Shown here: positions 52,395 through 64,000 of the stretch, piece after piece
Layout: each line of letters opens with the position of its first letter
Position numbering within the stretch: position 1 is the stretch's first letter
Assembly: GCA_043228905.1 (NCBI GenBank)
Contig: JBHGNT010000022.1
Span: forward strand, 7,564,001 to 7,628,000
Reading direction: 5' to 3'
Source of the DNA: Azolla caroliniana
Lineage: Eukaryota; Plantae; Polypodiophyta
DNA length: 64,000 bases
Notes under the pieces: generated by a model
The model's database searches: none
Seen by the model: the letters and a program-made list of their open reading frames with translations, nothing else
Told to the model about the DNA's origin: nothing
Made by a program: the position numbers and the translations under genes

Positions 52395-55300
52395 CATAGA
52401 ATATCAGGATGTATTCGCTTGGTCTTACACAGATATGAAGGGATTGGATCCCCAATTTTACCAACACCAAGTACACCTCCTACCGGACACTCGGCTGATC
52501 CAACAACGACGGTACCGTATGAACCCCAACTACGCGGCTAAGGTCAAAGAGGAATCGACAAACTCCTTCGAGTAGGCTTTATACGCCCAGTAAAAAGAGC
52601 CACATGGTTAAGCCCAATCGTCGTGGTCCCCAAGAAAAACGGGCAAATCTATGTTTGCGTGGATTACCGCAAACTCAATGTTGCGACAGTCACGGATGGG
52701 TTGCCTCTTCCGTTCACGGATAGTGTCCTCGACACGGTGGCTGGTCATGAATGCTATAGTTTCCTCGATGGGTTTAGTGGCTATAATCAAATCCGAATGC
52801 ATCCAGACGATCAGGAGAAAACGGCGTTTGTCACGGACTGGGCTGTTTTCGTGGCCGAGGTAATGATGTTCAGATTAAAGACGGCACCGGCCACGTTCCA
52901 ACGCATCATCTCAGAGATTTTCAACGAGTATATTCCGACGTTCATGCAAGTGTTCCTCGACGACTTTGCCGTGTATGGCCAGCGGCTGGAGCATATGACC
53001 TAGCTACGGCTCTGTCTCGAATGATGCCAACAAGCTCGCTTGAGCTTAAATCTGGCAAAATGCGTGTTCTTGGTGACAAGCGGCAACTTGCTCGGGCACA
53101 TAGTCAGCCAGGAAGGTATTGCCATGGATCCGGATAAAGTGCAAGCCATTCTGAATGCCCCCGTGCCCTCTACCACGAAGGCTCTCAGCAAATTCTTGGG
53201 CCAAATTAGATGGCATAGCTAGATGTTGCGACACCTGGCCAATTTCGTGACTCCTTTACACGCGCCGGTGCATAAACTCCCATTTCAGTGGTCTTCAACA
53301 GAAGACGAGGTGTACCAAGCCTTCAAGTTAATGCTCTCCCATGCCCCGGTGGTACAGGCACTAGTCTGGTCGGAACCTTTTCACGTCTTTGTAGACGCAT
53401 CAGATATAGCCATCGGCAGCGCGCTCATGCAGCGCACACCACCAAATTGGTACCGACCAATGTATTACGCTAGCCGACAACTCTCGGCCGCGGAGAAGAA
53501 CTACTCAACCACTGAACGTGAGGCCCTCGGTATGGTTTACAGCATCAACAAATTCTGGCATTATCTCTTGGGCTGGAACTTCACATTCCACGTCGACCAC
53601 TCGGCCCTCTTCTACTTGGTTAATAAGCAGGCCCTCATAGGTCGCCTGGCCCGATGGATGCTCCTGCTACAGGAGTTTCATTTTCAGATCCAGCACCGGC
53701 CCGTCATCCAACACGTCGTAGTTGACTACCTAAGCCGCCTCGAGTCAGGCGAACCAGCTATGTCCACGTATGATGAATTACCCGACGCCGCCCGTTTCAA
53801 TCTCGCAACGGTGCCAGACGCAAAAGAGGACGAATGGATCTCAAAGATGACCCATTTTCTCAGCACCGGCCTTCCTCCTGACCACTTGACCCTCGACGCT
53901 CGAAAACGAATAGCTGTCAGGAGATGAAATTTCTGTCTTGTCTCCGACACCCTTTACCACAAAGGCTCGGATGGCATCTGGCGTCGTGCAATCCGTCAAT
54001 TTGAGAAACCCGCAATCCTCCAGGAGGCACATTACGGAATCGCGGGGGGACATTACGCTGGAGAGGCCATGGCAAGAAAAATATGGCAGAGTGGCTTGTG
54101 GTGGCCCACAACAAAAAAAGATGCTCATGAATTTTGTCGACAATGCGATCTATGTCAACGCATGGGACAACCGATCGAGCAAGCCCAGATGCCGCACCAA
54201 ACCATTCTTCCGTTAGAGCCATTTCAAAAGTGGGGGTTAGATTTTGTAGGACCTTTTAAACCATCTGCGGCCCGCACCAGTAACAAATACATCATCATGG
54301 CCACTGACTATTGCACAAAATGGGTCGAGGCTAAGGCACTGCGGAACAATACCGCTACATCCAAAGAAAATTTCATATATGAACATCTATGGTGCCGATA
54401 TGGATGCCCAATCGAGCTCATTAGTGACCAAGGCGGGCATTTTCTAAACCACATAATTCGCAAACTCACTACACACTATGCGGTCGTACATAAGAAAAGT
54501 ATGTCGTACTACCCACAAGCAAACGGATTGGAAGAGTTGACTAATAAAATTTTGCAAACAATACTGAAAAAGATCTTCAATGAGAACCACACCGATTGGG
54601 ATGCCAAGCTTCAGAGTGCATTATGGGTGTATTGCACCACATTCAAAACGAGCATTCAGTCTACACCCTTTCGGTTGGCCTTTGGTTTGGAAGCAATCAT
54701 GCCGATTGAGTTCCAAGTTCTGAATCTCCGAGTTCAGGTTAAGGAAAGGCTACCCGAGGGTCAATCAGAGCAATATCAGCTCGAACAACTCCTCGAACTT
54801 GGCGAACAACGACTGGCCAGAATGGCTCACCTAGAGCAACACCAACAGCAACGCAAAGCCTTCGTCGATCAACACCGAAAGGGTACGGAGAAAGCACTTA
54901 CCATCGGCAAACCGGTGCTAGTCTTCCAAACATGACTTGGTGCTATGCTGGATAAATTACGATTCCGATGGATAGGCCCCTTTTGGATAATTGACGAGTT
55001 TAATGGAACATTCCAACTCGGCACACTTGCCGGAGACATCGTCAAGAGCTGGGCAAATGGCTTCCACCTTCGACCTTACCGTGGAACGACCCCAGTTAAT
55101 CCTTTCGCCGTGGCCGATGGCACGGACCAGCTCCCAGATGAGGCCTCGAATGAGGCCATGTGTCCCCATCGGTAAAATCATGACCCACCCACCAAATGTA
55201 TATAGTAGGAATGATTTTTAGTAGTTAAATTAGCATTACCTAGAATTACCTAACTAATCACCCCAAATCACGAGATTTTTCTTTTAGGTGCACCAACTAG

Positions 55301-55850
55301 TCACATCCACTTTAAAATAGAATATTTAAGAAGCATGCACACCAGACTAGCACTCCTGGGACGCGTGGCCATAATACCTTATTATGGCAGCCACGACAAG
55401 GAATCTCAAATATCTTCTCCCTGCACAAAACCCTAGGCAGTCTAATAAAAGAAACTACCCCACACACAACGCGCCCACTCACTCAGACGTGTTCTTGCCT
55501 TCACCGTCTTCAAGCTCCGCAACTCTATCTCGTTCTCATCGCCCCTGCAAACGGACCCCTACCTCTCGCCCTCATAACCCTTGCACAGACCAACAACGTT
55601 CCCCCAACTCTCTGTCTTGCCCTCGTCTCATCGCTTCCCCCCACGCCCCCTGCCAGCAAACCTTCACATCCACCATGCCTCTCGTCACATCACACGAAAC
55701 CCGTTCTTGGCTCCAACGACGAGGACTGGGTGGGTATTTACGGGTCATCGACACCCCAGCGATAGCACACCGAATACACCCTGACACAGTATCCAACAAC
55801 ATGATTCGTGCGGCTCTAGACCTTGCGCAGGGCAGAGACCATGAGGTCGA
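52395..55850 (+). mobile_element. Degenerate gypsy fragment (RT-RNase H-integrase and start of the 3' ORF)
   Basis: ORFs 52623-55175 (FLDDFAVY, VDASD, KWGLDFVGPF); MPLVTSHETRSWLQRRGLGGYLRV from 55675. Confidence 0.9.
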
Positions 55851-58800
55851 TGTTACCGATTAGGAACACGGTCTACGGTCAGTCCTTCGACCTAGACCTC
55901 CAAGTGACTGTGTGACAACGAACGGTAGCATTTGTGCGTAATACGTAGGGGAATGTTCCCCGTAACCTAGCAGCGTATAAGGGAGATGGCTACAACCGAG
56001 CTCCTTAACAGTGGCTACACACTCACCGTTGCTTACTTCTACACTCTCAGGTGTTACAGACACACAATAGATTAGCCGTAGCTATACACAGATATCAGAA
56101 AAGATAGAATTCTATTACGATACGCTTCTTTACATTCCAAACACGCTGCCTCTATCAGAGGTTTTCTGCCCTTTATATACGTAGGGTCTTTTCGCCATTC
56201 ACACTTCCCACGTGAACCATTACATGCGTTACAATCTTATATTATTCCCTATTCCTGCGCTCTTGTCCGTCGGTTACTATTCCGGCGGACAACACCTGGC
56301 ACGCCTGTGGGACAGTGCCATGGCACGTCAGACCCATCCCGTTAATCTTCTTCCAAAATGGCCCGGATGTTTGGCTCTACTACGGTGTCCGCGTCCGGGG
56401 ACGGCGTAGGGCCCGTAGGTGCATCGTGGTGTGGTTCCCCTGTTTGGTCGGGAGGGCTTCTCCTGGTGTCGCGATCGTCCTGTGTGGGTGGTCTGGGTTC
56501 TATGGTCTCTTCTTGGGCTAGGGGGTTGGGCTCAGCCGTCGGCGGGCTTACGGTCGGTCGCGGCTCCATCTCATCCGTCACTTCCTCCATGGTGGCGGCC
56601 GTCGTTGTACGCTCCGGGGAGTGGGGTTGCGGTTTTGCTTGGTCCGCAACGTTCTCCGTGTGGTCGGCCGATAGCGTATGCTCCGGTAGATGGGGTTCCT
56701 CTTGGGCAGGGGTGTTGCTGTTGGGTAATGTGGGGGACTACGCTCGTCGTTCCAGGTTGTTCACCGTAGTTGTAATTTCTAGCGACCTGGCCTGAGGTTC
56801 CTCTTCTTTGGCAATGTCCGGAATTGGTGTCGCGATGGATTCCTCATTTGTTCGCGTGTTGCCGGCTTGTGTAATCTGGTGAAACAGCTCCTCCTGGCTT
56901 TCACCAAAATCATCTAATAACTGCGCAAGTTCTTCGGAATGTTGGTCCGCTAGCGCGCGATAGTCCTGCACTAGGTCCTCGCGTACTACCGCAATGCTCT
57001 CCTCATTGAGTTTATAGAAACCTCGGCCGTCTTTTCACCGGTTCTCCCAGTCTGCACGATACCCGTGCAATTCCGCCGCTTGGGCTGCCCACGCCATCCA
57101 TCCTTTGTCTAGCGTCGTTTTCAACTGCGTTGTGAACCTCTCCCAATTTGTTTGTAGAAGGATACGCACGTTGTCTATGATGGCTTGGCAACGGTTGCGT
57201 GCTTCTTCAACCAACTTCTTGAGGTTTGCAATTTCTTGCTGACTAACTACTGCCCCACCCCTTCTTCGTACGTGCTCTTCAGGCCCGCCCACAGCTGGGA
57301 TTCCTTTGCATGGAGTTCTTCTAATTTCCCCATTTCATTGTTTAGGAGAATTTCGAATTGATGCCTTCTTTCCTGTTCGCCCACCAGCTGCTCGTCGAAC
57401 CATACCTTCTTTTTCTCCAATAAGGTCCGGAGTCCCACGATTGCCGCCTCCGATTTCTTCGCTTCTTCCCATAATTGGGCGTTTTCTTCTTTTGTCTAGG
57501 TGTGTTGTGTTGCCTCCGCAACGAGTTTCTCTTCAAGGGTTTTTACTGCCTTTCGGCCGTTGGCCCGGATGTCCTTTTCCCTGTCTGAGGATTAGCGAAG
57601 TTCAGCGCGAAGGCAGTCAATTTCTGATTCCGCTAGTTGTACGGCCCTTTTTGCTTTTGAGGCAATGGCAGTTTGAGCCTCAATCTCTTCCTTCAAGGCT
57701 TCGATGGCGTGGTTTGGTGGTGGAATTGCCCGTTGCGTCGTAGTCGCGTTAGTTTCCAACTCCGTGATGCGTTCGTTGGCTTTTTGCAGCTCGGCTTCGG
57801 TCAGTTTCACCTTCTTCCAGACATTCTTATTTTTAATGGCCATCTCCTTGGCGCCCGTGCTAACCTTTGCCAGTTCCCTATGGACTTTGACTAGGGTCGT
57901 GTTTAATGGGGGTAGCTCCATCCCCACTTGGCGTATACCGGCGTTCCTCTGTCTGCCGACTCTAGCTAACTGGTCCTCATCGTCGCTCTTCGTCGTTTGT
58001 GTTAAGGTGCGCTCGATCATCTGGCGCTCCGCGTGCTCCTCGGCCATTCGTTGTGAGGCCTTTATCTGTTGCGTTGCCAAGAATTCCATGAGCTCAAAAA
58101 AGATTCCGAACTGCAAGAAGACGCTGAACTCATGGGCCGTGTCCGGGATATCCGAATATGCCAAAACCTCGCTTTTCGCCGTCAATACGGCTTTTCCTCA
58201 TTGTGACTGGGCTGTAATGATCGGTCGTGGCTCCCGGATGATTTCAAACGTGGTGTTGGGCTCTGTAGCTGCGGAGCCATCGCCTTCGGTCGTTGTCTCT
58301 GTTGCCGCGGGTACGTCTTTAACTAATCCCCGCCCATCTTTCCTGTCCAGCCTCCGCCGTTTTGGTCTGGTGCTATCCTGTTGTGGTTTGGCGTCTGGCT
58401 TTGGTGTTGCTTCCGCGGAGCGCGCCACCTGCTCTTCCGGCATTGTCCGTGTGTTCGGTTGGGCGGGTTGGGGTTCATCCTCCCACTCTGGGGCAGCTAA
58501 CTCCGCTAACCTGCGCTTCGCGGATCGGGGCGGAGGCGTGGGTCTACTGGGTTGCGGCGCCGGCAGGCCTCAAGGTGGGAATAGCCCCGTCAAGTACTGT
58601 TGTATGATCGGCTTGAGCTTCTTGCCTCCTTGATATGCATGCAGGCCTTCCCTTAACGTCGGCCCCGTGATGACTCCCCAATTGACCGCACGCCCTTCAA
58701 AGGTATCAATAATGCTACCTACCTTCTGCTTGGGCATCCCATATGCGTTTACGTGTACGCATTCGACCTCTAATAGGAACTTGGCGACCTCACGGAAAAA

Positions 58801-61800
58801 GGGATCCGGGATTTGCTTCGTTCTATAGGCCTTGGTGGAGGAGGATTATGGGCTGAAATATCTCTACAACGACTCTGTAGGAGGGATTTCGAAATGCCTC
58901 TCACCTAGTGATGGCAAGTCCAACTTTTTCCGGATGGAAGAGTTGGTGACCGTGTCAATATTGAGCTTTCTAGCGATGTCCAACGTATCCGGGTGTGGAG
59001 GTGCCTCTGCGACCCTGATGTACCCATCCATGCGTTTCTCCACGAGCCATCGACGTAAGGCGGTAGAGATAAAGATCGGCATAGCTAGAGTAGGCTCGTG
59101 GGGAGGAGATTGGTGGTTGCGATGGGCTTGAGCTTTGTGATAGGATGGAGGAGAAGGTGAGGTAGGGGAGCGCTGAGAGTTAGGAGGTGGGTTTCTGTTT
59201 TGCGTAGAAGAGCTTCTATTTCCTTCTTTTTGTGGCCTAGGGTTCATTGGGCGGTGAGCCATCATGTTGCCGCGTATTCTTGATCTAGAAGTTTGTGCAT
59301 GCATTCAATCCTTTTTTAATAGCGTCGCTATCTTCTCTTTTTTCTTTTTCTTTTTTTCGTAACGGTTACATACAGCCTATTTTTACATTATGATACAAGT
59401 GGGGCCGTTCACTTACGCCGCGGGTTCTCTGGCTTTGTCCTATCCGGCGGTGAATGGGTTAGGTGGTGTAGGGCCCCGGTAAGGTTTAAGGCGGAACCCA
59501 TTCACCTTTTGTCGTAAGACTTCCCCGGCCAGCGTGCCTAGTTGGAACGTGCCTTGTTCCGCTCCTATTATCCAATACGGGCCTGTCCAGCGGAATCGTA
59601 ACTTCCTTGGCATATGGCCCATGCGGGTTTGGAAAACTAGTACCACTCGACCGACCGCGAAATCCTTTTCCCGTGCGTTCCGATGTCGATCCACAAACGC
59701 TTTACGCCGTCGTTGTTCTTGCTCCAACACAGCCATGCTGTGTACGCGTTTTTCACCGAGTTCGAGTAGCTGGTGGAGCCATACCTCCTCCGACTTGGCT
59801 TTCAATAGTCGGTCCCGTACCTGAATGCGTAAACTGGGTATCTGAAACTCTACCGGCATTGCGGCCTCCAGCCCAAACGCTAGCCGAAACGGTGTTGATT
59901 GTATGCTTTTTTTGTAGCTGGTTTTGTACGCCCATAACGCACTCTGTAATTTGGTATCCCAGTTCGTTCTATTTTCATTGACAATTTTCTTGAAGATGGT
60001 CTGCAACGTCTTGTTGGTGGATTCCGCTAACCCATTCGCATGTGGATAATATGGCGTACTCTTCTTATGGACTACGGCGTAATGATGTGTTAGTTCTCGA
60101 ACAATCGTATTGAGAAAGTGCCTCCCCTGGTCACTGATAAGCTCAATCGAAAAGCCAAACCGACACCAAATGTGCTCGTAAAGGAATCTCGATGTGACGG
60201 TCGCCGTATTTTCTCGTAGTGCCTTTGCTTCTACCCACTTGGTGCAATAATCCGTGGCTACCAATATGTATTTATTGCTAGTACGAGCCGCCGTCGGTGT
60301 GAAAGGGCCCACAAAATCCGTGGAAGGGGTCTAACGGTAATACGGGTTGGTGTGGCATCCTTGCGCTCTCCGTGGGCTGGCCCATCCGTTGACACAAATC
60401 ACACTTTCTGCAATACTCGTATGTGTCCTTCTGTGTAGTCGGCCACCATAGGCCCGCCTGCCATATTTTCCGAGTTGTAACATCGCCCGCGTAATGGCCG
60501 CCTACCGTGCCGCAGTGAGCCTCCCGTAAGACTGCTTCTTTCTCATCTTGACGTACCCCGCATCGCCAAATGCCATCACTTCCTTTGTGATATAAAATTC
60601 CTTCTACCAGGCAGAAGTTACGGCTTCAGACGGCTAATCGTTTCTTCTCGTCCGTGCGTAATTGTGGTGGAGGCAGTCCCGTAGTCAAAAAGTATGTCAT
60701 TTCCATAAGCCACCGGTCCGGAAAGGTCGATTCCGTTCTTTCTGTTAGTGTTGCGACCCGCAGAATGTCGGCATTTGGAAAGTTGTCGTCATCCTTCTGT
60801 ATTGTTTCTCCATTATCGAGTCTGCTCAAAAAATCTACCACTGCGTGTTGCATCCCCGGGTGGTGCTGAATGACAAAATTGAATTCTTGAAGCAACAGCA
60901 TCCATCGCGCCAATTTCCCCGCCAGTGCTTGTTTCTCCACCAAATATAGCAATGCCGAATGATCCACGTGGAACATGAATTTCCTCCCCAACAGATAATG
61001 CCGAAATTTATTGATGTTATAGATCATCCCTAGCGCCTCCCGCTCCGTTGTGGAATAGTTACACTCTGCTGTTGATAATCCCTAGCGTAGTACACTGGCT
61101 AATACCAATTTAGTTCGGTGAGCTGCATTAGTGCACTTCCTATTGCTATGTCTGAGGCGTCTACGAACACATGGAATGGCTTTGCCCAAACTAGTGGTTG
61201 TACAACGGGTGCCTGTGTGAGCATTATCTTAAGCGCCTCATAGGCCTTGTCCTCCGTTGCGGTCCATTGGAAGGGAGTCCGATGCACGACAACATGTAAC
61301 GGCGTGGCGAAGTCCGCCAAGTATCGTATCATCCGACTATGCCATCGTATTTGTCCTAAAAACTAGCTGAGTGATTTCTCGTTTGTCGGAGTTTTGGCTT
61401 GCGTAATCGCGGAGATCTTGTTCGGATCGACCGCGATTCCATCCTTGCTAACTATATGGCCTAGAAGAGTCCCATTGGTCACGCCGAAGGCACATTTCGC
61501 GGGATTCAGGCTTAAGCGTGCAGTGCGGCAACATTCCAGGCACAATTGTAGATGAGTAAAATGGTCGATTGTTTTCTCATATACCGCAAAGTCGTCTAAA
61601 AAAACTTGCATGAACGCCGGAATATATTCCCCAAAGATCTCTATAATTGTCCGTTGAAATGTCGTCGACGCCGTCTTTAGCCCGAACATCATGACGACTG
61701 CCACATAGACTCCCTAGTCCGTGACAAATGTCGTCTTCTCTTGGTCATCCGGATGCATGCGTACCTGGTTATACCCACTGAAGCCATCTAAAAAATTGTA

Positions 61801-62590
61801 CATGTCATGTCCTGCGACAACGTCTAGTACGCTATCGGTGAATGGTAAAGGGAATGCATCCGTAATGGTTACTGCATTTAATTTTCGGTAATCCACGCAT
61901 ACACGTATTTTGCCGTTTTTCTTTGGAATGACTACTATCGAACTTAACCATGTGGCTTGTTTAACTGGCCGTATGAATCCCGCCTTTAGGAGTTTGTCAA
62001 TTTCTTCTTTTACGCGGGTCGCGTAGTTCGTGTTCATGCGGTAGCGACGCTGCTGGACGGGTTTTGCATTGGTTGCTAAATTGATCTTATGTTGATAGAA
62101 CTTCGGATCTAACCCCTTCATGTCCTCGTGAGCCTAGGCGAACACATCTTTATATTTCTTGAGTAGTTCGATCATCGTGTCTCTCTGGTCCGGCCTTAAT
62201 TCCTTTGCGATGGAGAGAAAACGGGGTTCTGACGTCGTACCCATGTTTACTTCTTCCAAGGCGGAGGCGGTGACTCACCGTGAAATTTCCATTTCCCTCT
62301 CGAATGTTGCCCGTGCTCTGCTTAGTTCCAATATTACCTCCGGATTTGGTTCGTAAGCCTCGTCGTGGAGAATAGTGGTCGTGGCATATTCTGTCGCGGT
62401 TGCGATGACGTTGATTTCAAACAGCTCGTTTAGGTATGCCTCTAATTCTGCATCCTCCACCCCAACCAACATATTTATATCTTCCGTGTACAAATGGACC
62501 CATGTAATTGTTGACTCGGTCATCGTGGATAAAACCAGGTGCAAGATATGGAACTCATCCCTCCTCGAGAGGGTCACGGTGTTTTTTTGG
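55851..62590 (-). mobile_element. Degenerate, 5'-truncated gypsy element (pol, 3' ORF, tRNA-like motif, 3' LTR 55851-56294)
   Basis: Minus-strand RT/RH/INT ORFs 62121-59440; 3' ORF pieces 59083-56342 ending ILEED*; LTR TGTTGTCCG...GGTAACA on the minus strand. Confidence 0.9.
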
Positions 62591-62599
62591 TTAATCGCC

Positions 62600-63455
62600 C
62601 ATTGAGTTGTTCCAACCAGAGAGTGACTGGGGAAACGGGGTGGCATGACTAATTGCAAGGCCTGTGGAGCGAGTTTGGAGGACATCTCACATTGTTTGTG
62701 GAGCTACCAACGAGCCCAAGAAGTTTGGATGAGGAGCCTAAGAATTCTGGCTCGATGCGGAGTTGAAGTTCAGGTATCAAGTGCAACAGTTGTTTGGTTA
62801 GCCATTGAATCGGCTACATGGTTTCATGGGTGGAATGGAAATAGTCCTTTAAAGGTGGTGAATGGAACTATACAACCTTCAATTCAAGGAGGTTCATTCT
62901 ACATACAAGAACGGTACGTAGATATTTGGTTTTTAGTGGTTGGCCTTACTGTTTGGCAAGTGTGGGTATCTAGGTGCAACGAGTCGTTTACCGGGAAGCG
63001 AACCCCATCGACTAAGAGTTTAATGATGATTTGGTTTAATCTGATTTCTACGCTACAAGGAAAGTTTGACAACCTTCAAGGGCCCTCTAACGCGAGTGAA
63101 GAGGTTAAATACCGCTTCCTTCTAAAATGGAGAGGTTCTCTAATGCTACAAATGGTGGATGGCAATGCAAAGTGGATTTATCAGCCACCCCAGTGGCTGT
63201 TTCCTCCAATGGTACCAAACATAGAGGTGGGTGTTGAATTGTGAAGAGATTAGAGGATTTCTTTGCTGAATGTGGGTTGTGTGAGGCTCATGTTGAGGGG
63301 ATTCTATCGAGTAATACTGTGTTGAGGCTTTGTTGCTTCATTTATACATGTTGTTTTCTTGTAGCCATGCAAATTGGCTTGTAAAATATGAGTTGTATAT
63401 TATCCTGTGTACTTTTTCTTAACTAATGGAAGTTGTAATTTTTTTGGAAAAAAAG
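62600..63455 (+). mobile_element. LINE 3' fragment (zf-RVT and C-terminus, short A tail)
   Basis: CKACGASLEDISHCLWSY...W.VW..R in ORF 62645-63244; A-run near 63448. Confidence 0.7.
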
Positions 63456-64000
63456 AGGTTGGAATCGTAGGAATATTACTTTTGTTAGAACAAGTTCACT
63501 TTTCAATCAAGTTTTTTATGTATGTGATCAATTATGAGTATTAATGATCGTAAAGAATCATGATTAGGTTTATTTTATCTTTTCATAGATATAACTTACC
63601 AATTTGATATGACTAAGCAATTGATTGTTAAGTTACAAACTTGATTTGTCAAATTTTTTAAGTCTAAATGAAGAAAGGTGATGGTATAGTTATAAATCTT
63701 GTACTTAATATCTTAAGTTCTCATGAATTTAAGTCTCAAGTAATGGCTCTCTTTTCATGAAATCTCCTTTGTGTAGGTTGAGATCATACATACAAACAAT
63801 CGAGACAATCTATTATTTTGAGAGCTTGTCTAGGTTGAAAAGCCATTGTAAATGCTTTATTTTTAAGAAAGTTTTATTGCATGTTAATTCTTGTCCCCTT
63901 TTGCTCACACATATCTCTTCATGAAGGTTACACTATATTTATGGTTCTCCTATACTTTTGGCGTGTCGCTAATATTTGTCTCTCTCAATGGTTTCTCCGG

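Overview
Eukaryotic (land-plant type; host not determinable from sequence alone) heterochromatin-like window made almost entirely of nested retroelements, with no recognisable host gene and one 100-N gap (24791-24890). It holds at least 10 Ty1/copia copies or fragments, four Ty3/gypsy copies or fragments plus one non-coding derivative, several L1-type LINE fragments and one hAT-type MITE. The best-preserved units are a gypsy element at 6474-22167 (389-bp LTRs, TSD TAACA) and a young copia nested inside it at 15710-21185 (285-bp LTRs, TSD GAGAG). Main observation: all three gypsy-type elements whose 3' LTR junction is visible have no polypurine tract, although their LTRs differ. At the PPT position they carry a conserved ~40-nt tRNA-Arg-like 3' half (T-arm-like hairpin followed by GGCGTGCCA), i.e. 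an inverted second primer-binding site. This suggests plus-strand priming by a tRNA or a self-encoded tRNA mimic. The coding gypsy copies also share an uncharacterised long sense-strand ORF downstream of pol. tRNA assignments are from recalled plant tRNA/PBS sequences and need checking.
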